DNA of 64,000 bases from a virus (IMGVR_UViG_3300027983_002389); one strand, 5' to 3'. Numbered from the stretch's first letter, positions 37,200-46,869 are shown. The notes: generated from the sequence alone by a model not told the origin. Made by a program: numbers and translations.

Positions 37200-37943
37200 A
37201 TGGCCAACCATAGCGAGATCGTAGAAAAATTCAGTACACGTCAACCAAACAAGCGGCATCAAGGCCAAGTTGTTTGGCGTGGCAGTCGTGTGTATTGCTC
37301 AGCCGATCTGATCTTCAGCTATGGTAGTCATTTCCCAATGGCGAAGCATCTTGGAGAACGAGACAACAAACCGTTCTTCATTAGAAATGATGATAAGTAC
37401 AGCAGTTCAACTAGCGCTCATCAAAGCAAAGTGAGACAACATTGTCCCGGCCCTGATGTGTCACGACGTAAGCTGTCAAAGCACATTCATTTTGAAGACC
37501 TGGAAATGGTGCATATTCACTTATGGCGTCCTGGTTTGTTCAAGCATATGTGGCAGGATACTCAGACTGGTTTGTTCTACGATGATGCTGATTATCGTAG
37601 ACTTGAGCCAAATGATCCCGATCCTACTGATCCGTTTAAGTCGCTCGATCAAGAGGCTGACGTGAGTGATTTCAGCAGGGCATTCAGAGTAGTGAACCTT
37701 CAGCGTCGAGTGTATGTTTTTGTCAAGCCATGTAAACTGTCACGTTTTGGCTCGTTCAAAGCGTATAAGAGGAGCAACGAGCGATTTCAGCAGGGCATTT
37801 ATTCTGTGGAGCAGATACTTGTTTTGAAGATCAAGGACAAGTATCTTTTGTCCACAAACGGCAATATAGTTGAGCTTGTTGGAGAGCCAAAAACAATTGC
37901 TCAATCGATGAAGATGAAACATAAAGTAGTAGTAGTAACCTAA
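37200..37943 (+). CDS. Hypothetical phage protein
   Basis: FSYGSHFP...YSSSTSAHQS pattern. Confidence 0.7.
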   Translation: MANHSEIVEKFSTRQPNKRHQGQVVWRGSRVYCSADLIFSYGSHFPMAKHLGERDNKPFFIRNDDKYSSSTSAHQSKVRQHCPGPDVSRRKLSKHIHFEDLEMVHIHLWRPGLFKHMWQDTQTGLFYDDADYRRLEPNDPDPTDPFKSLDQEADVSDFSRAFRVVNLQRRVYVFVKPCKLSRFGSFKAYKRSNERFQQGIYSVEQILVLKIKDKYLLSTNGNIVELVGEPKTIAQSMKMKHKVVVVT

Positions 37944-37955
37944 CTGGAGAAATAA

Positions 37956-38264
37956 ATGCAATCAGTAACGTCTCAGACATTCGATCAAGAAGTCACACAG
38001 TCCGCAGTGCCAGTCATTGTGGACTTTTGGGCTACATGGTGCGGTCCTTGCCGTACTTTGAAGCCTGTGTTGGAATCCATGAACGGTGAAGCCAATGGTC
38101 AATTCAAGGTCGTCACCGTTGACGTTGACGCTGAGGCTGATCTTGCGTCGAAATATGGAATCAGCCATATCCCAACCCTCTTGATTTTCAAGAATGGCGA
38201 AGTATCCGAACGCATTGTTGGCATGAAGTCTAAGAAAGATTTACTGGAAGCGGTGGCACGATGA
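37956..38264 (+). CDS. trxA: Thioredoxin
   Basis: VDFWATWCGPC, IPTL. Confidence 0.95.
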   Translation: MQSVTSQTFDQEVTQSAVPVIVDFWATWCGPCRTLKPVLESMNGEANGQFKVVTVDVDAEADLASKYGISHIPTLLIFKNGEVSERIVGMKSKKDLLEAVAR

Positions 38265-38626
38265 ACTGGCACGGGCAAATACTAACGACTTATCTGGACC
38301 TGTTGCGAGAAGTCGCTAGGGTTGGCTCGCCAGAAGAGGCGCATGAGTTTCTATCTGCATACCGGCAGGTAAACCCTCATGCTGATTCAAACATCGGTTG
38401 GATGATTGGCGACGTGGATCGGGACGTGGGCAGACGAATCATTGAATGGTTCGGCTGTTCACATCCTGTATTTGGCACGACGTTCCCGACAGTCGAGGAG
38501 GCTCTACGGAAGGGCATGGAAATGGGAGAAGCAATGAAAAATGGCGGCATTGACGCCGTTCATAGGATTCTTCCACGATACAACCCTAACCCTTGGTTTC
38601 TCGGCGCACTCGATGACCAGGAGTGA
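38261..38626 (+). CDS. Hypothetical protein ending NPWFLGALDD
   Basis: ATGA-coupled ORF. Confidence 0.7.
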   Translation: MNWHGQILTTYLDLLREVARVGSPEEAHEFLSAYRQVNPHADSNIGWMIGDVDRDVGRRIIEWFGCSHPVFGTTFPTVEEALRKGMEMGEAMKNGGIDAVHRILPRYNPNPWFLGALDDQE

Positions 38627-39075
38627 TCGTGTATTTTTCGTACTCATTATTTCGTCACAATCCAACGACCGATCAATGGATTGAACTTGCGGAAGTTGAA
38701 TCATTGCAAGAAATGATTCGACTTATCGAAAGTTACTTTGACATTATTGAGCCTGTATCGGCGAATTGGTTGCCGAGAGACTATGAAACTGCATTCAAAG
38801 ATGAAAACGGGCATGTTTATGCCATTTATCGGATGGATGAGCGATATAGTCGGCATGGTTATGATGATTACGAATCGGAATGTCAGTACAATGACTACTA
38901 CGACGACATTGACAGGCAAACCGATAGTTATTACGCTCAACAACGACGAGGAGTGGAGAAGTGGGAATATGTTTTCAACAATCCAGAATTGTTGATGAAG
39001 AGATATTTCCCACAACCGGAGTTGAGCATTGCGAGCCGCCAAAATGAATGGTATGTTGGTGCGTTGCATGATTGA
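38623..39075 (+). CDS. Hypothetical protein ending NEWYVGALHD
   Basis: GTGA-coupled ORF. Confidence 0.65.
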   Translation: MIVYFSYSLFRHNPTTDQWIELAEVESLQEMIRLIESYFDIIEPVSANWLPRDYETAFKDENGHVYAIYRMDERYSRHGYDDYESECQYNDYYDDIDRQTDSYYAQQRRGVEKWEYVFNNPELLMKRYFPQPELSIASRQNEWYVGALHD

Positions 39076-39295
39076 ATTTGACGTTAAAAACGATCAGTTG
39101 TACGCTTGCTACAACGATGGTTCTTTTCCTGCATTCTTTGCACACGTTTCTTTGCCTATTGTTCTAACGGCGTTTCCAGATTCAAATAACGAATGGTTCA
39201 TCGGGGCATTGAGGGATAATCATGAAGATTCGACATCATCAGGACAGACAACAGGATGGTCTAGTAGTCCTAGAATCAGAGCCACAACTCCGTAG
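39068..39295 (+). CDS. Hypothetical protein containing NEWFIGALRD
   Basis: Overlap-coupled ORF. Confidence 0.55.
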   Translation: MIEFDVKNDQLYACYNDGSFPAFFAHVSLPIVLTAFPDSNNEWFIGALRDNHEDSTSSGQTTGWSSSPRIRATTP

Positions 39296-39902
39296 CATCT
39301 TCGTGTATAGCCAGACCCGCAACAATATACGGGTTCCATTGCCGTACATTCTTTTCACAATTCGATATGTAAAACTATCTTCAGGGAAGTTTACATATCC
39401 TGGCATTTATGGATCAGGACTCCACGTCTATGGAAACTTAAAGCCGTTGTCTGATTTTTCAGACAAAGTGGTTTATCTTCCAACTGATTATGCCAACTAT
39501 AAGGGCTTGGTTTGCACCGATCACGGATCAGACAACAAAAAGTTTGACTCGGTGCCACAATTGGTCAACTATGTGGTGACACATTGGTGGAGTCATATGC
39601 ACTATATTGACTATCAACCATTCGGAGCCACGGCTTGGCATGAAGCAAAATTAACCGATATTCCAAATGGCAAGTGGGAAAAAGCGGGAAATTTTCGTCA
39701 AGCTCTTTTGTTGGGTAAGTGTTACGGAGTATCTGAGCAGCGATTCATTCCCGATGAAGCCAAAGTTTTGGACCTGCAATGGCCCGCTACGCTTGAAATC
39801 AAGCCGTTTGAAGGCGTGGAACATTCCGTTAACTACCTGAGTTCGTGGCCTGTCCCAATCGGGTGTCAGTGTGGAGATTGTCGTGCTGCCAGAGGCGAAT
39901 AA
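39222..39902 (+). CDS. Hypothetical protein, weakly like prokaryotic E2 family D
   Basis: VPLPYILF...LHVY...PL...LP...GLVC. Confidence 0.55.
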   Translation: MKIRHHQDRQQDGLVVLESEPQLRSIFVYSQTRNNIRVPLPYILFTIRYVKLSSGKFTYPGIYGSGLHVYGNLKPLSDFSDKVVYLPTDYANYKGLVCTDHGSDNKKFDSVPQLVNYVVTHWWSHMHYIDYQPFGATAWHEAKLTDIPNGKWEKAGNFRQALLLGKCYGVSEQRFIPDEAKVLDLQWPATLEIKPFEGVEHSVNYLSSWPVPIGCQCGDCRAARGE

Positions 39903-39917
39903 AATTTCGCAACCAGC

Positions 39918-39946
39918 TTTACAAAGCCGAAAACCGATGGTAGAAT
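39918..39946 (+). promoter_or_regulatory. Sigma-70-type promoter of the Pth2-like gene
   Basis: TTTACA-N17-TAGAAT. Confidence 0.8.
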
Positions 39947-40001
39947 GATTGCAGTAAAGAATAGATAACTCGAATTAACCCTCAAATTTTGGAGATTGAC
40001 C

Positions 40002-40460
40002 ATGACTCTTTAGGTATCAGCCCCGACCCGTAAAAGCCACGTTTACATTTTTGTACGTCGTGACCTACCGCCTGCACAGATTGTTGTGCAGGCTTCGCAC
40101 GCTGCTTTTGAAGCAGCCTCTCTTCATACCCCTGAACTCGACCACCCGCACATCGTCTTACTTGGTTTTCGTGACCAAAGAGAACTTGAGCGTGCGCTTC
40201 GGAGAGTTCAATCTTCGGGGTTTCAGGTCTGCCCATTTTTCGAGGCCGACCGTGGTGACGAACTTACTGCTTTCGCCACCCAGCCCATTTCTAAATCTCA
40301 GCGTTCGTTTTTTCGCAGATATAACTGCTTGAGCGACGATTTGCTGTTCTCTGGATTCACAAAGGGCAAATCAAAAAATATATCCTCAGCCGAAGGTCCG
40401 TCCATTGTGGACGCTGATCCCGGAGAGGGTGCGAAACAATTACAGGAAGCATATACATGA
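40002..40460 (+). CDS. Peptidyl-tRNA hydrolase 2-like protein with in-frame TAG at codon 4
   Basis: GGAG RBS, then MTL*VSAPTRKSHVYIFVRRDLPPAQIVVQASHAA...IVLLG...EL...FFEAD...LTAFATQP. Confidence 0.8.
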
Positions 40461-40672
40461 CAGAACCATATAGGCATATTCACGTCTCTACATTTGAGGC
40501 ATTCTTCAAGAGTGAAGACTGGCGAAGGAATTGGATCGCCACCAATCGTCCAGAGAAAGAATTAGAGGTTCATGATAAACGAATGTCCGTGACGAAAAGA
40601 GAAAGAAATTCAGGGAACGATTTCCGTTCACGGCAATTCTCCAAGGGGCATATCCAGAACACGATTTTGTGA
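40457..40672 (+). CDS. Hypothetical protein
   Basis: ATGA-coupled ORF, AGGA RBS. Confidence 0.5.
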   Translation: MTEPYRHIHVSTFEAFFKSEDWRRNWIATNRPEKELEVHDKRMSVTKRERNSGNDFRSRQFSKGHIQNTIL

Positions 40673-40705
40673 GTCGTTGGTGTTGGCAGTCGTTGGTGTT
40701 GGCAG
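40672..40705. repeat. 16-bp tandem duplication at a stop codon
   Basis: AGTCGTTGGTGTTGGC x2 followed by AG. Confidence 0.9.
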
Positions 40706-40717
40706 AACATTGGTCCG

Positions 40718-41512
40718 ATGCAATGTGAAGAGTGCCATGAATCGTCATCGGAATATCCCGGTTGTCCACTGGTACTAGCAACCGAGTATATCCAAACAGG
40801 CTGGTATTTAACCAATACTGGCAAGCGGGTGTATTGGTCCAATAAGGCTTACATCGAAGAGAAGGTGCCAAAACACAGCCACGAGGGAACGTGGATTGCT
40901 TTCTGGTTAGGGAAGACCGGATACGACTATGGTTTAAGTGAGTATTACTTTCAGAATGAATCAGATCGGGATAGGTTTCTCGCCGCAACCCCGATCTTTA
41001 CCCTTGGCGAGAAGTACGAAAAGGAAAATGATATGACGACAATGACCGCAGAAAAGGCCGTTCACCAAAGCAAATGGGGACACCACCCCATCAGCCGTGA
41101 GGCGAGCCAGAAGCTCCGTTTCATCAATGGAGTTTATGCAAAGGCCCAGCACTTGGCTGGTGCTTGGGAGCGTTGGGAACGTAAATTGCCTGAGAACCGT
41201 GTGGTGAGAAGGGCAGTGAAGGACGACAAAGGAATGAAGATCGGCACAGAGATCGTCAAGGATGCCGCTGGCAATCCTGTGGCGTGGCTTGAACCGGGAA
41301 TCTGCCCTTTGTTCCACGAGAAGGTTCCTGGCCACATTAAGTATGGTAGCTATGTCCGTGGCGTTGCCAAGGATAATGGCTTCGGCGACAAGATTCTCTT
41401 TGCCTCTCGTCAGGCACGGACTCCTCAGCCGACCCCGGAAGAAGTTCTGTCCTTCCCCTTCACTGAGGAAGAGATTGACCGTCTTTATGAGACGGTCAAG
41501 GCTTGGGAATAG
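40718..41512 (+). CDS. Hypothetical protein (probable in-frame fusion; internal RBS and ATG at 41033)
   Basis: AAGGA-N7-ATG inside the ORF. Confidence 0.65.
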   Translation: MQCEECHESSSEYPGCPLVLATEYIQTGWYLTNTGKRVYWSNKAYIEEKVPKHSHEGTWIAFWLGKTGYDYGLSEYYFQNESDRDRFLAATPIFTLGEKYEKENDMTTMTAEKAVHQSKWGHHPISREASQKLRFINGVYAKAQHLAGAWERWERKLPENRVVRRAVKDDKGMKIGTEIVKDAAGNPVAWLEPGICPLFHEKVPGHIKYGSYVRGVAKDNGFGDKILFASRQARTPQPTPEEVLSFPFTEEEIDRLYETVKAWE

Positions 41513-41609
41513 TTGAATTTGGCGCTGGACGCCAATACCGAATTGCAGATTAACTTTCACAGGTTTATCGGCAAGATTGGAAGTCAAACAGTCAGATATA
41601 TCTGATTGT

Positions 41610-41649
41610 AAAGCCCACTGGTCGATATAACCAGTGGGCTTTTTTGTTT
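41610..41649 (+). terminator. Rho-independent terminator
   Basis: AAAGCCCACTGGT/ACCAGTGGGCTTTTTT. Confidence 0.85.
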
Positions 41650-41716
41650 ATCTGACTTGATCGACCCCGATATTTTGGAGATATTGCCTATATCCAGCCC
41701 ATATCGGAGGTTTATC

Positions 41717-42004
41717 ATGAATTTGTTTCTTCCAGTTGTGAAACCAGAAATCGGCGGCTCTCTTGAAAGGGAGATGACCGAAAAAGCAAATGATCTTAAA
41801 TACATCAAAGAACAATTGCGTCGTCTTGATACAGAAAATCCCACGGTTGCATATTTCATTCGTAATTTTGCGAAGACCACCAAAGACAAAATGGGCGCAG
41901 CATATTGTGGACTGATTGTATATCGGTTGTTGGAGAGCCAAGCAGAAGCCAATCTAATGCTTCATGAAGAACTTGAAGCTGAACAATCGGTAATGAAACA
42001 GTAG
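41717..42004 (+). CDS. Hypothetical protein
   Basis: GGAGG RBS. Confidence 0.7.
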   Translation: MNLFLPVVKPEIGGSLEREMTEKANDLKYIKEQLRRLDTENPTVAYFIRNFAKTTKDKMGAAYCGLIVYRLLESQAEANLMLHEELEAEQSVMKQ

Positions 42005-42042
42005 ATAGGTTATGTGAAACTTAATGACCATCAAGGAGCCAA

Positions 42043-42474
42043 ATGGAAGCAGACGAGCGTACATTCGGAGAAAGAGTAAGCGATACTGTCGCTAAATTTG
42101 GTGGCTCTTGGTGGTTCATTATCACAGGAGCCGTAGTGATCGCACTTTGGGTGACGATCAATATAGTTCCATTTTTAGGTTGGATTAGATGGGACAATTA
42201 TCCATTTATCCTTCTGAACCTTTTCCTTTCGCTAATCGCTGCGTTTCAAGCACCATTTATTTTGATGGCGCAACGCCGGTGCGAAATAAAACAAGATATG
42301 ATATACCGGAGTCTATTCCGGGAAATCAAAGAACTTGTGGAGGCTGATTTGAGCCTGGAACACGAGATCATCGAAAAAAACATAAGCCTTGAGGCTGAAT
42401 TGCAGACTGTCCGTAGAGAACTCCGGTCGGTCAAAAGGATGCTTCGTAGACTGATAAAGGAGAAGGGGGTCTAG
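42043..42474 (+). CDS. DUF1003 family membrane protein
   Basis: TFGERVSD.VAKFGGSW.FI, YPFILLNLFLS..AAFQAP.ILMAQ. Confidence 0.9.
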   Translation: MEADERTFGERVSDTVAKFGGSWWFIITGAVVIALWVTINIVPFLGWIRWDNYPFILLNLFLSLIAAFQAPFILMAQRRCEIKQDMIYRSLFREIKELVEADLSLEHEIIEKNISLEAELQTVRRELRSVKRMLRRLIKEKGV

Positions 42475-42523
42475 GGTTACTGCAACGATTGTAATTTTTC
42501 ATTGCGGTAGGTCTATATAAGGC

Positions 42524-43288
42524 ATGAGAAAAAAATATACGACACAATACATTGCTGATTTTTTTGCAAAAGAAGGCTACACCTTAACAACAAGTGATGA
42601 ATTCGTAAATAGTCATCAATATTTTGAATACATCTGCCCTGCGGGTCATTCTGGTAAAGTGCAATGGCACCATTTCAAAAACGGTGGAAGATGCGCCAAG
42701 TGTAAAGGGAACGCCAAAATAACCCAACAAGAAGCTGAAAAATATTTCAGCGACAACGGTTGTGAGCTTGTCGATATTTATGTTTCAAGCCAACTTCCTT
42801 TACAGTACAAGTGTTCTTGTGGTAGAATATCGCAGATACGCTGGTATGACTTCAAAGCAGGAAAAAGATGCAATGGTTGCAGACCAGAAAGACAATCTGG
42901 TCCAGCACATCCACGCTGGAACAGGGAGAAAGTTGAAATTACCAAAAAATTAGCCAACGCTTCTCACACGGCTTTGAAGACGACTTTCAAATATCTTGGA
43001 GTGAAAAAAGAAGCAAGAACTTATTTGCTTCTAGGCTACAATGGAGAACAACTAAGAAGTTGGATCGAGCAACATCCTAATTGGAAAAATGTGAAAGATG
43101 GAAGTTGGTCTTTGGATCACGTTTTTCCAATTAAAGCCTTTGTGGATTATGGCATTGTTGATGTTCGCTTAATCAATTCACTAGATAATTTACAACCATT
43201 GATTTTGAAGGAAAATCAATCAAAAAGTAAAGCCTACTCAAAGGAGGATTTTATGAAATGGCTTAAAGGCAAGGGCTATGCGTTTTAG
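42524..43288 (+). mobile_element. HNH homing endonuclease with zinc-ribbon repeats
   Basis: Two C..GH/CSCG...G.RC..C repeats; WSLDHVFP...NLQPL...EN..K; CTATATA box 4 nt upstream. Confidence 0.8.
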
Positions 43289-44234
43289 GGCGACTGCGAC
43301 GATTGTGTGGGACACACAATTGCCGCATAACGAAGCCCAGGAGCTTGCGAATAAGCACCTGGGAGAATTTCCTAACCAGGATGGACTCAACGACTTACGA
43401 CTTGTAGTTCGCTTAGACAAACTCAAGGAGAAGGTCGAGAAGGTCAAACTTGGGGAATTCAAAATCGAAGAAGTTATCCCTTTCATCACCAAAGAAGACG
43501 GAAAGCGAGAATACGAGTACGAGGGAGTCAAGCACGCAGTCAGGATGAATTCTCACAGGTATTTCATATTCCGTGAGTGCATGACCTGTGTGGCGTGTGG
43601 ATTGCCTGGGACTCGGATGTTTTTGGAATGTCATCCAGCGGATAAAAGCCCTCATTTTAACCTATACGGTGAAGAAGATGGCAAGCTGATATTGATGACC
43701 AAGGACCATATTCACGCTAAGGCATTTGGCGGCGAAGATAGACACTCCAATTATCAGACCATGTGCCTAGTTTGCAATAACCTGAAAGGGCATTCTAATT
43801 TGACTTTGGAAGGCGTTCGTGAACTGCGAATTGTCTATAATGAGAATAAGACCAAAGCCACCAAAAAGAAATTGCATTTGCTCATAGAAGAAACACGGTT
43901 GAGGCTGGAACAGCCCTGGCCTAGCATGAAATTGTCCGAGACTCAGCGAAGGAAGCGGTTGGCGAAGATAAAGGCTACTGCCGATGCAGTAATGACTGCT
44001 TGCGACATTAACCTATATTCTGGTCAAGACATAGAGATATATGGCAGGTCCGTTTATGACGCAATTGACAATGAGCATAAGCACGTTGGCTGCATCAAAA
44101 AGGGAACTTGCCTGGAACCTCTGGTGGCGACTAAAGAAAAGGTTATGTGCAAGTTATTCAATCAGGATGTAGTGGTTTTACACCACAGTCTCGTTAAAGC
44201 AAACAAAGGAATAGGCTATGTCTATCTCGATTAG
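43278..44234 (+). CDS. HNH-domain protein
   Basis: CVACG...HFNLYG...MTKDHIHAKAFGG.D..SNYQTMC..CN..KG. Confidence 0.8.
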   Translation: MRFRATATIVWDTQLPHNEAQELANKHLGEFPNQDGLNDLRLVVRLDKLKEKVEKVKLGEFKIEEVIPFITKEDGKREYEYEGVKHAVRMNSHRYFIFRECMTCVACGLPGTRMFLECHPADKSPHFNLYGEEDGKLILMTKDHIHAKAFGGEDRHSNYQTMCLVCNNLKGHSNLTLEGVRELRIVYNENKTKATKKKLHLLIEETRLRLEQPWPSMKLSETQRRKRLAKIKATADAVMTACDINLYSGQDIEIYGRSVYDAIDNEHKHVGCIKKGTCLEPLVATKEKVMCKLFNQDVVVLHHSLVKANKGIGYVYLD

Positions 44235-44781
44235 AGGGGTCAGCGATCATTTGTTACTCAATGAACTGATAGTAATGCAGGACGATCTTCGTCATTGGGA
44301 CACCATAAAAGAAATGGTCGCCTTTGTAAAAGGAGGCGGTTTCTGGACACAGGAATATCTGGAAAAATATTCCAAGAAAAAGAAACTACCCAGGACTTCC
44401 CCTTTAATTGCCATTACTCAATTTGAGGATGGGCTAAGGTTTCTCCATGATGGACACCATCGGTGTGTGGCAACTTGGCTTGGTGGTCGGGAGTTTTTGA
44501 TCCCCGACGAATATCAGGTTAGTTCCTGGGTTTATGACGATTACCTGGAAATTGCACCACAAAACAATTGGTATACTCCATTTAATCCCAAAACTCACGT
44601 CCGCACCGCCGACTTTGGAAGATTCAAAGTCGAGGCCAAAGAACGCTTCCAGCAGGATCAAAAAGAAGCCGTCGATTGGCTCTACGATCATCTTGATGAT
44701 TTTCGTACAGTTCGCACTATTAAGAGTGTGCCGGAACTGGCTGCTATTATCAACAAACAAAAACGATTGGTGCCACGCTAA
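44218..44781 (+). CDS. Hypothetical protein with ParB/Srx-like motif
   Basis: FLHDGHHR. Confidence 0.6.
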   Translation: MSISIRGVSDHLLLNELIVMQDDLRHWDTIKEMVAFVKGGGFWTQEYLEKYSKKKKLPRTSPLIAITQFEDGLRFLHDGHHRCVATWLGGREFLIPDEYQVSSWVYDDYLEIAPQNNWYTPFNPKTHVRTADFGRFKVEAKERFQQDQKEAVDWLYDHLDDFRTVRTIKSVPELAAIINKQKRLVPR

Positions 44782-44811
44782 ATAAGAGTGCAAGACTACT
44801 AAAGGAGGAGT

Positions 44812-45393
44812 ATGGCACTCGAACAGTGGGAAGTTGACCTTCGCCGACAATTGGAAGGCAAAATAAACAACACCAAGCCGAAAGACCAAACTTGGGAAGA
44901 TAAACTGGTGGAAGATATTCAAACTACTCTGCCTCGCAGGGCAGAAAAGCCTAAAGATAACAACACAATTCTTATGATAGTGCTGTTGATTATTTTGGGT
45001 GGCGTTATGCTCTTTGCTTATGACTCTAAAAGTGGCGGCAAGGTTCAATCTAGCGAAGAAGCTGGCAGCGTTCAACCGACACCTTCAGTGAGCGGTCCAA
45101 ATAACTATGATGCTGAGATTGCATCTTTGCATACTGATATTCAGAGAGTAGACGCTGACAATAAAGCCAAATTGGATAAATTGACGACCAAAGTTCAATG
45201 GAACAATGATCGTCTTACCCTAATGGGCATGTTGTTGAATGAAAACTTTATGATCGTTCGCAACAACTACAATAAGGGTCATTTGGTATTCTTTAACCGT
45301 GACTGGACCCTCGATCAAATGCCGCACTATTTGGAACTATCGGACGACGACAAGGAATACTTGAAGAAGTTCGTAAAGCCAAGCGGTCAGTAA
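44812..45393 (+). CDS. Hypothetical single-pass membrane protein
   Basis: Hydrophobic helix then coiled coil; CTAAATA at 44778; GGAGGAG RBS. Confidence 0.7.
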   Translation: MALEQWEVDLRRQLEGKINNTKPKDQTWEDKLVEDIQTTLPRRAEKPKDNNTILMIVLLIILGGVMLFAYDSKSGGKVQSSEEAGSVQPTPSVSGPNNYDAEIASLHTDIQRVDADNKAKLDKLTTKVQWNNDRLTLMGMLLNENFMIVRNNYNKGHLVFFNRDWTLDQMPHYLELSDDDKEYLKKFVKPSGQ

Positions 45394-46082
45394 GACTTAT
45401 AGCTTTTGCTAGCGCTGAAGCTCTTGACACTCAACATATCTTTCACAGCAGAGGCGATATACACTGCTGTGAGTGTTGCCATGTCTTTGCAATTTCTCAA
45501 GTCATGCACAATCTCTATTTGCATAGAATGCACATCAGGATCAGGATACCATTTTCTGAATAACTGATTCATATTTGATCTAGCCCAACCACTCATCGGC
45601 CCGCCTTTTTTGCCTTCAAAGGCATTGATGCCAGCTTCATGCAATAAATGGCAAAGTAAATCTTTGTGCCATGTTTCGCATGTGTGACTATTCGGCGACC
45701 CTGCGCCATATCCAATCACCACATCCAGGTCGTCATCGCCAGCAATCTTGCGGTGTTTGTTTCCCATTCCATGAATATGGTAAACGTAAACCGATTCATA
45801 GTTTTGCAGGATTCTGTTCTTATATCGCAAAATTGGCTCTAAGAATTCTTCCTTGACCACATCTTCATGGCAGTGACGCACATCGTTGCAGTCGGCTTTG
45901 TCAAGCATGTAATCAACCGCATCGGCTCGCTCCCAGCCTCGATTGATGACTGCATAAGCATTGATACTTCTCGCAATATGCTCTGCTACGATTGATGTAT
46001 TTTCATCATTGCCATCAAAACCGTGAGGAGCCACTATGATAATGGGCAACTTTCCCGAAATGATAGATACTCTCTCGCTCAT
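45387..46082 (-). CDS. Zn-hydrolase, N-formylglutamate amidohydrolase-like
   Basis: VAPHG...DENT, HIHGM, MQIEI. Confidence 0.65.
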   Translation of the reverse strand: MSERVSIISGKLPIIIVAPHGFDGNDENTSIVAEHIARSINAYAVINRGWERADAVDYMLDKADCNDVRHCHEDVVKEEFLEPILRYKNRILQNYESVYVYHIHGMGNKHRKIAGDDDLDVVIGYGAGSPNSHTCETWHKDLLCHLLHEAGINAFEGKKGGPMSGWARSNMNQLFRKWYPDPDVHSMQIEIVHDLRNCKDMATLTAVYIASAVKDMLSVKSFSASKSYKSY

Positions 46083-46121
46083 TTTTCCTCCAAGGTAAGT
46101 GATAGAATTTCATCTGTTTCC

Positions 46122-46538
46122 TTATTGTTTGATAGTATTGTAATCTTTATCAAGCAGGATGGCATATTTTAACCAATCTGGTGGTAATAAAACATAGCCT
46201 TCAGGAGATATTGATCCAGGATTTTCATCTTCTGGCAAGAGGCCAGATTGTTTTGCTATAGAGCCGATTACGAGTCGAGCTTTTTGATCTCGAACTAAGT
46301 ATTCGTTGCTTCCTGGGATGGGTGCGATAAACTTGGCTTCATAGCCAACAAGTTTGTTCCAATCAAATCCACCTTTTGGATAGAACTCGGTTCAAAGGTC
46401 GATCATACCAATCTGTTGTCCAGGAAGGCATGGCAATTCAAGACCAGCCGCAATAAGCGCAGGACAGGGTATTGTCATGTTGTCACTTACTGAGAAGTGG
46501 GGTATCTCATCTAATCGTAACCAATTTTTGAACTTCAT
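46122..46538 (-). pseudogene. 139-codon gene split by an in-frame TGA at codon 49
   Basis: MKFKNWLRLDE...MIDL*TEFYPKGG...TIKQ*; frame stays open for 89 codons after the TGA. Confidence 0.7.
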
Positions 46539-46543
46539 ATGGT

Positions 46544-46576
46544 TATTTAGGGTTTTTGAGTTGAAATGTCTAAATA
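46544..46576. promoter_or_regulatory. Divergent pair of T4-late-like boxes
   Basis: CTAAATA on the minus strand (46544-46550) and plus strand (46570-46576). Confidence 0.6.
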
Positions 46577-46608
46577 ATAGTCCAACCCTAACAAGAGAAA
46601 GGTGGTTA

Positions 46609-46785
46609 ATGCAGAAAGGTTTAGTTAATAGTTCGATCCGTATAGATTTGTCCGACAAAGCACCGGATGAGATAGCTGAATATCTGCAAGCCCTTCTTGC
46701 CATTCGATATTCCCTGCACAAAAAGGGACTCAAGTTGAAAATTGAACGTCGTCGTCCAGCCAAGGTAAAAATTACTCAGGCATAG
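46609..46785 (+). CDS. Small hypothetical protein
   Basis: AAGGTGG RBS. Confidence 0.55.
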   Translation: MQKGLVNSSIRIDLSDKAPDEIAEYLQALLAIRYSLHKKGLKLKIERRRPAKVKITQA

Positions 46786-46816
46786 GTCGAACCAAACGCC
46801 TTTTTCACTCTCTAGG
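46783..46816 (+). promoter_or_regulatory. Class II element
   Basis: TAGGTCGAACCAAA-N11-CTCTCTAGG; its TAG is the upstream stop codon. Confidence 0.8.
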
Positions 46817-46869
46817 TTCGTGAACACCACTTTTCACAACTTTTCACAACTCATCGAGAGAGGCCCGCC

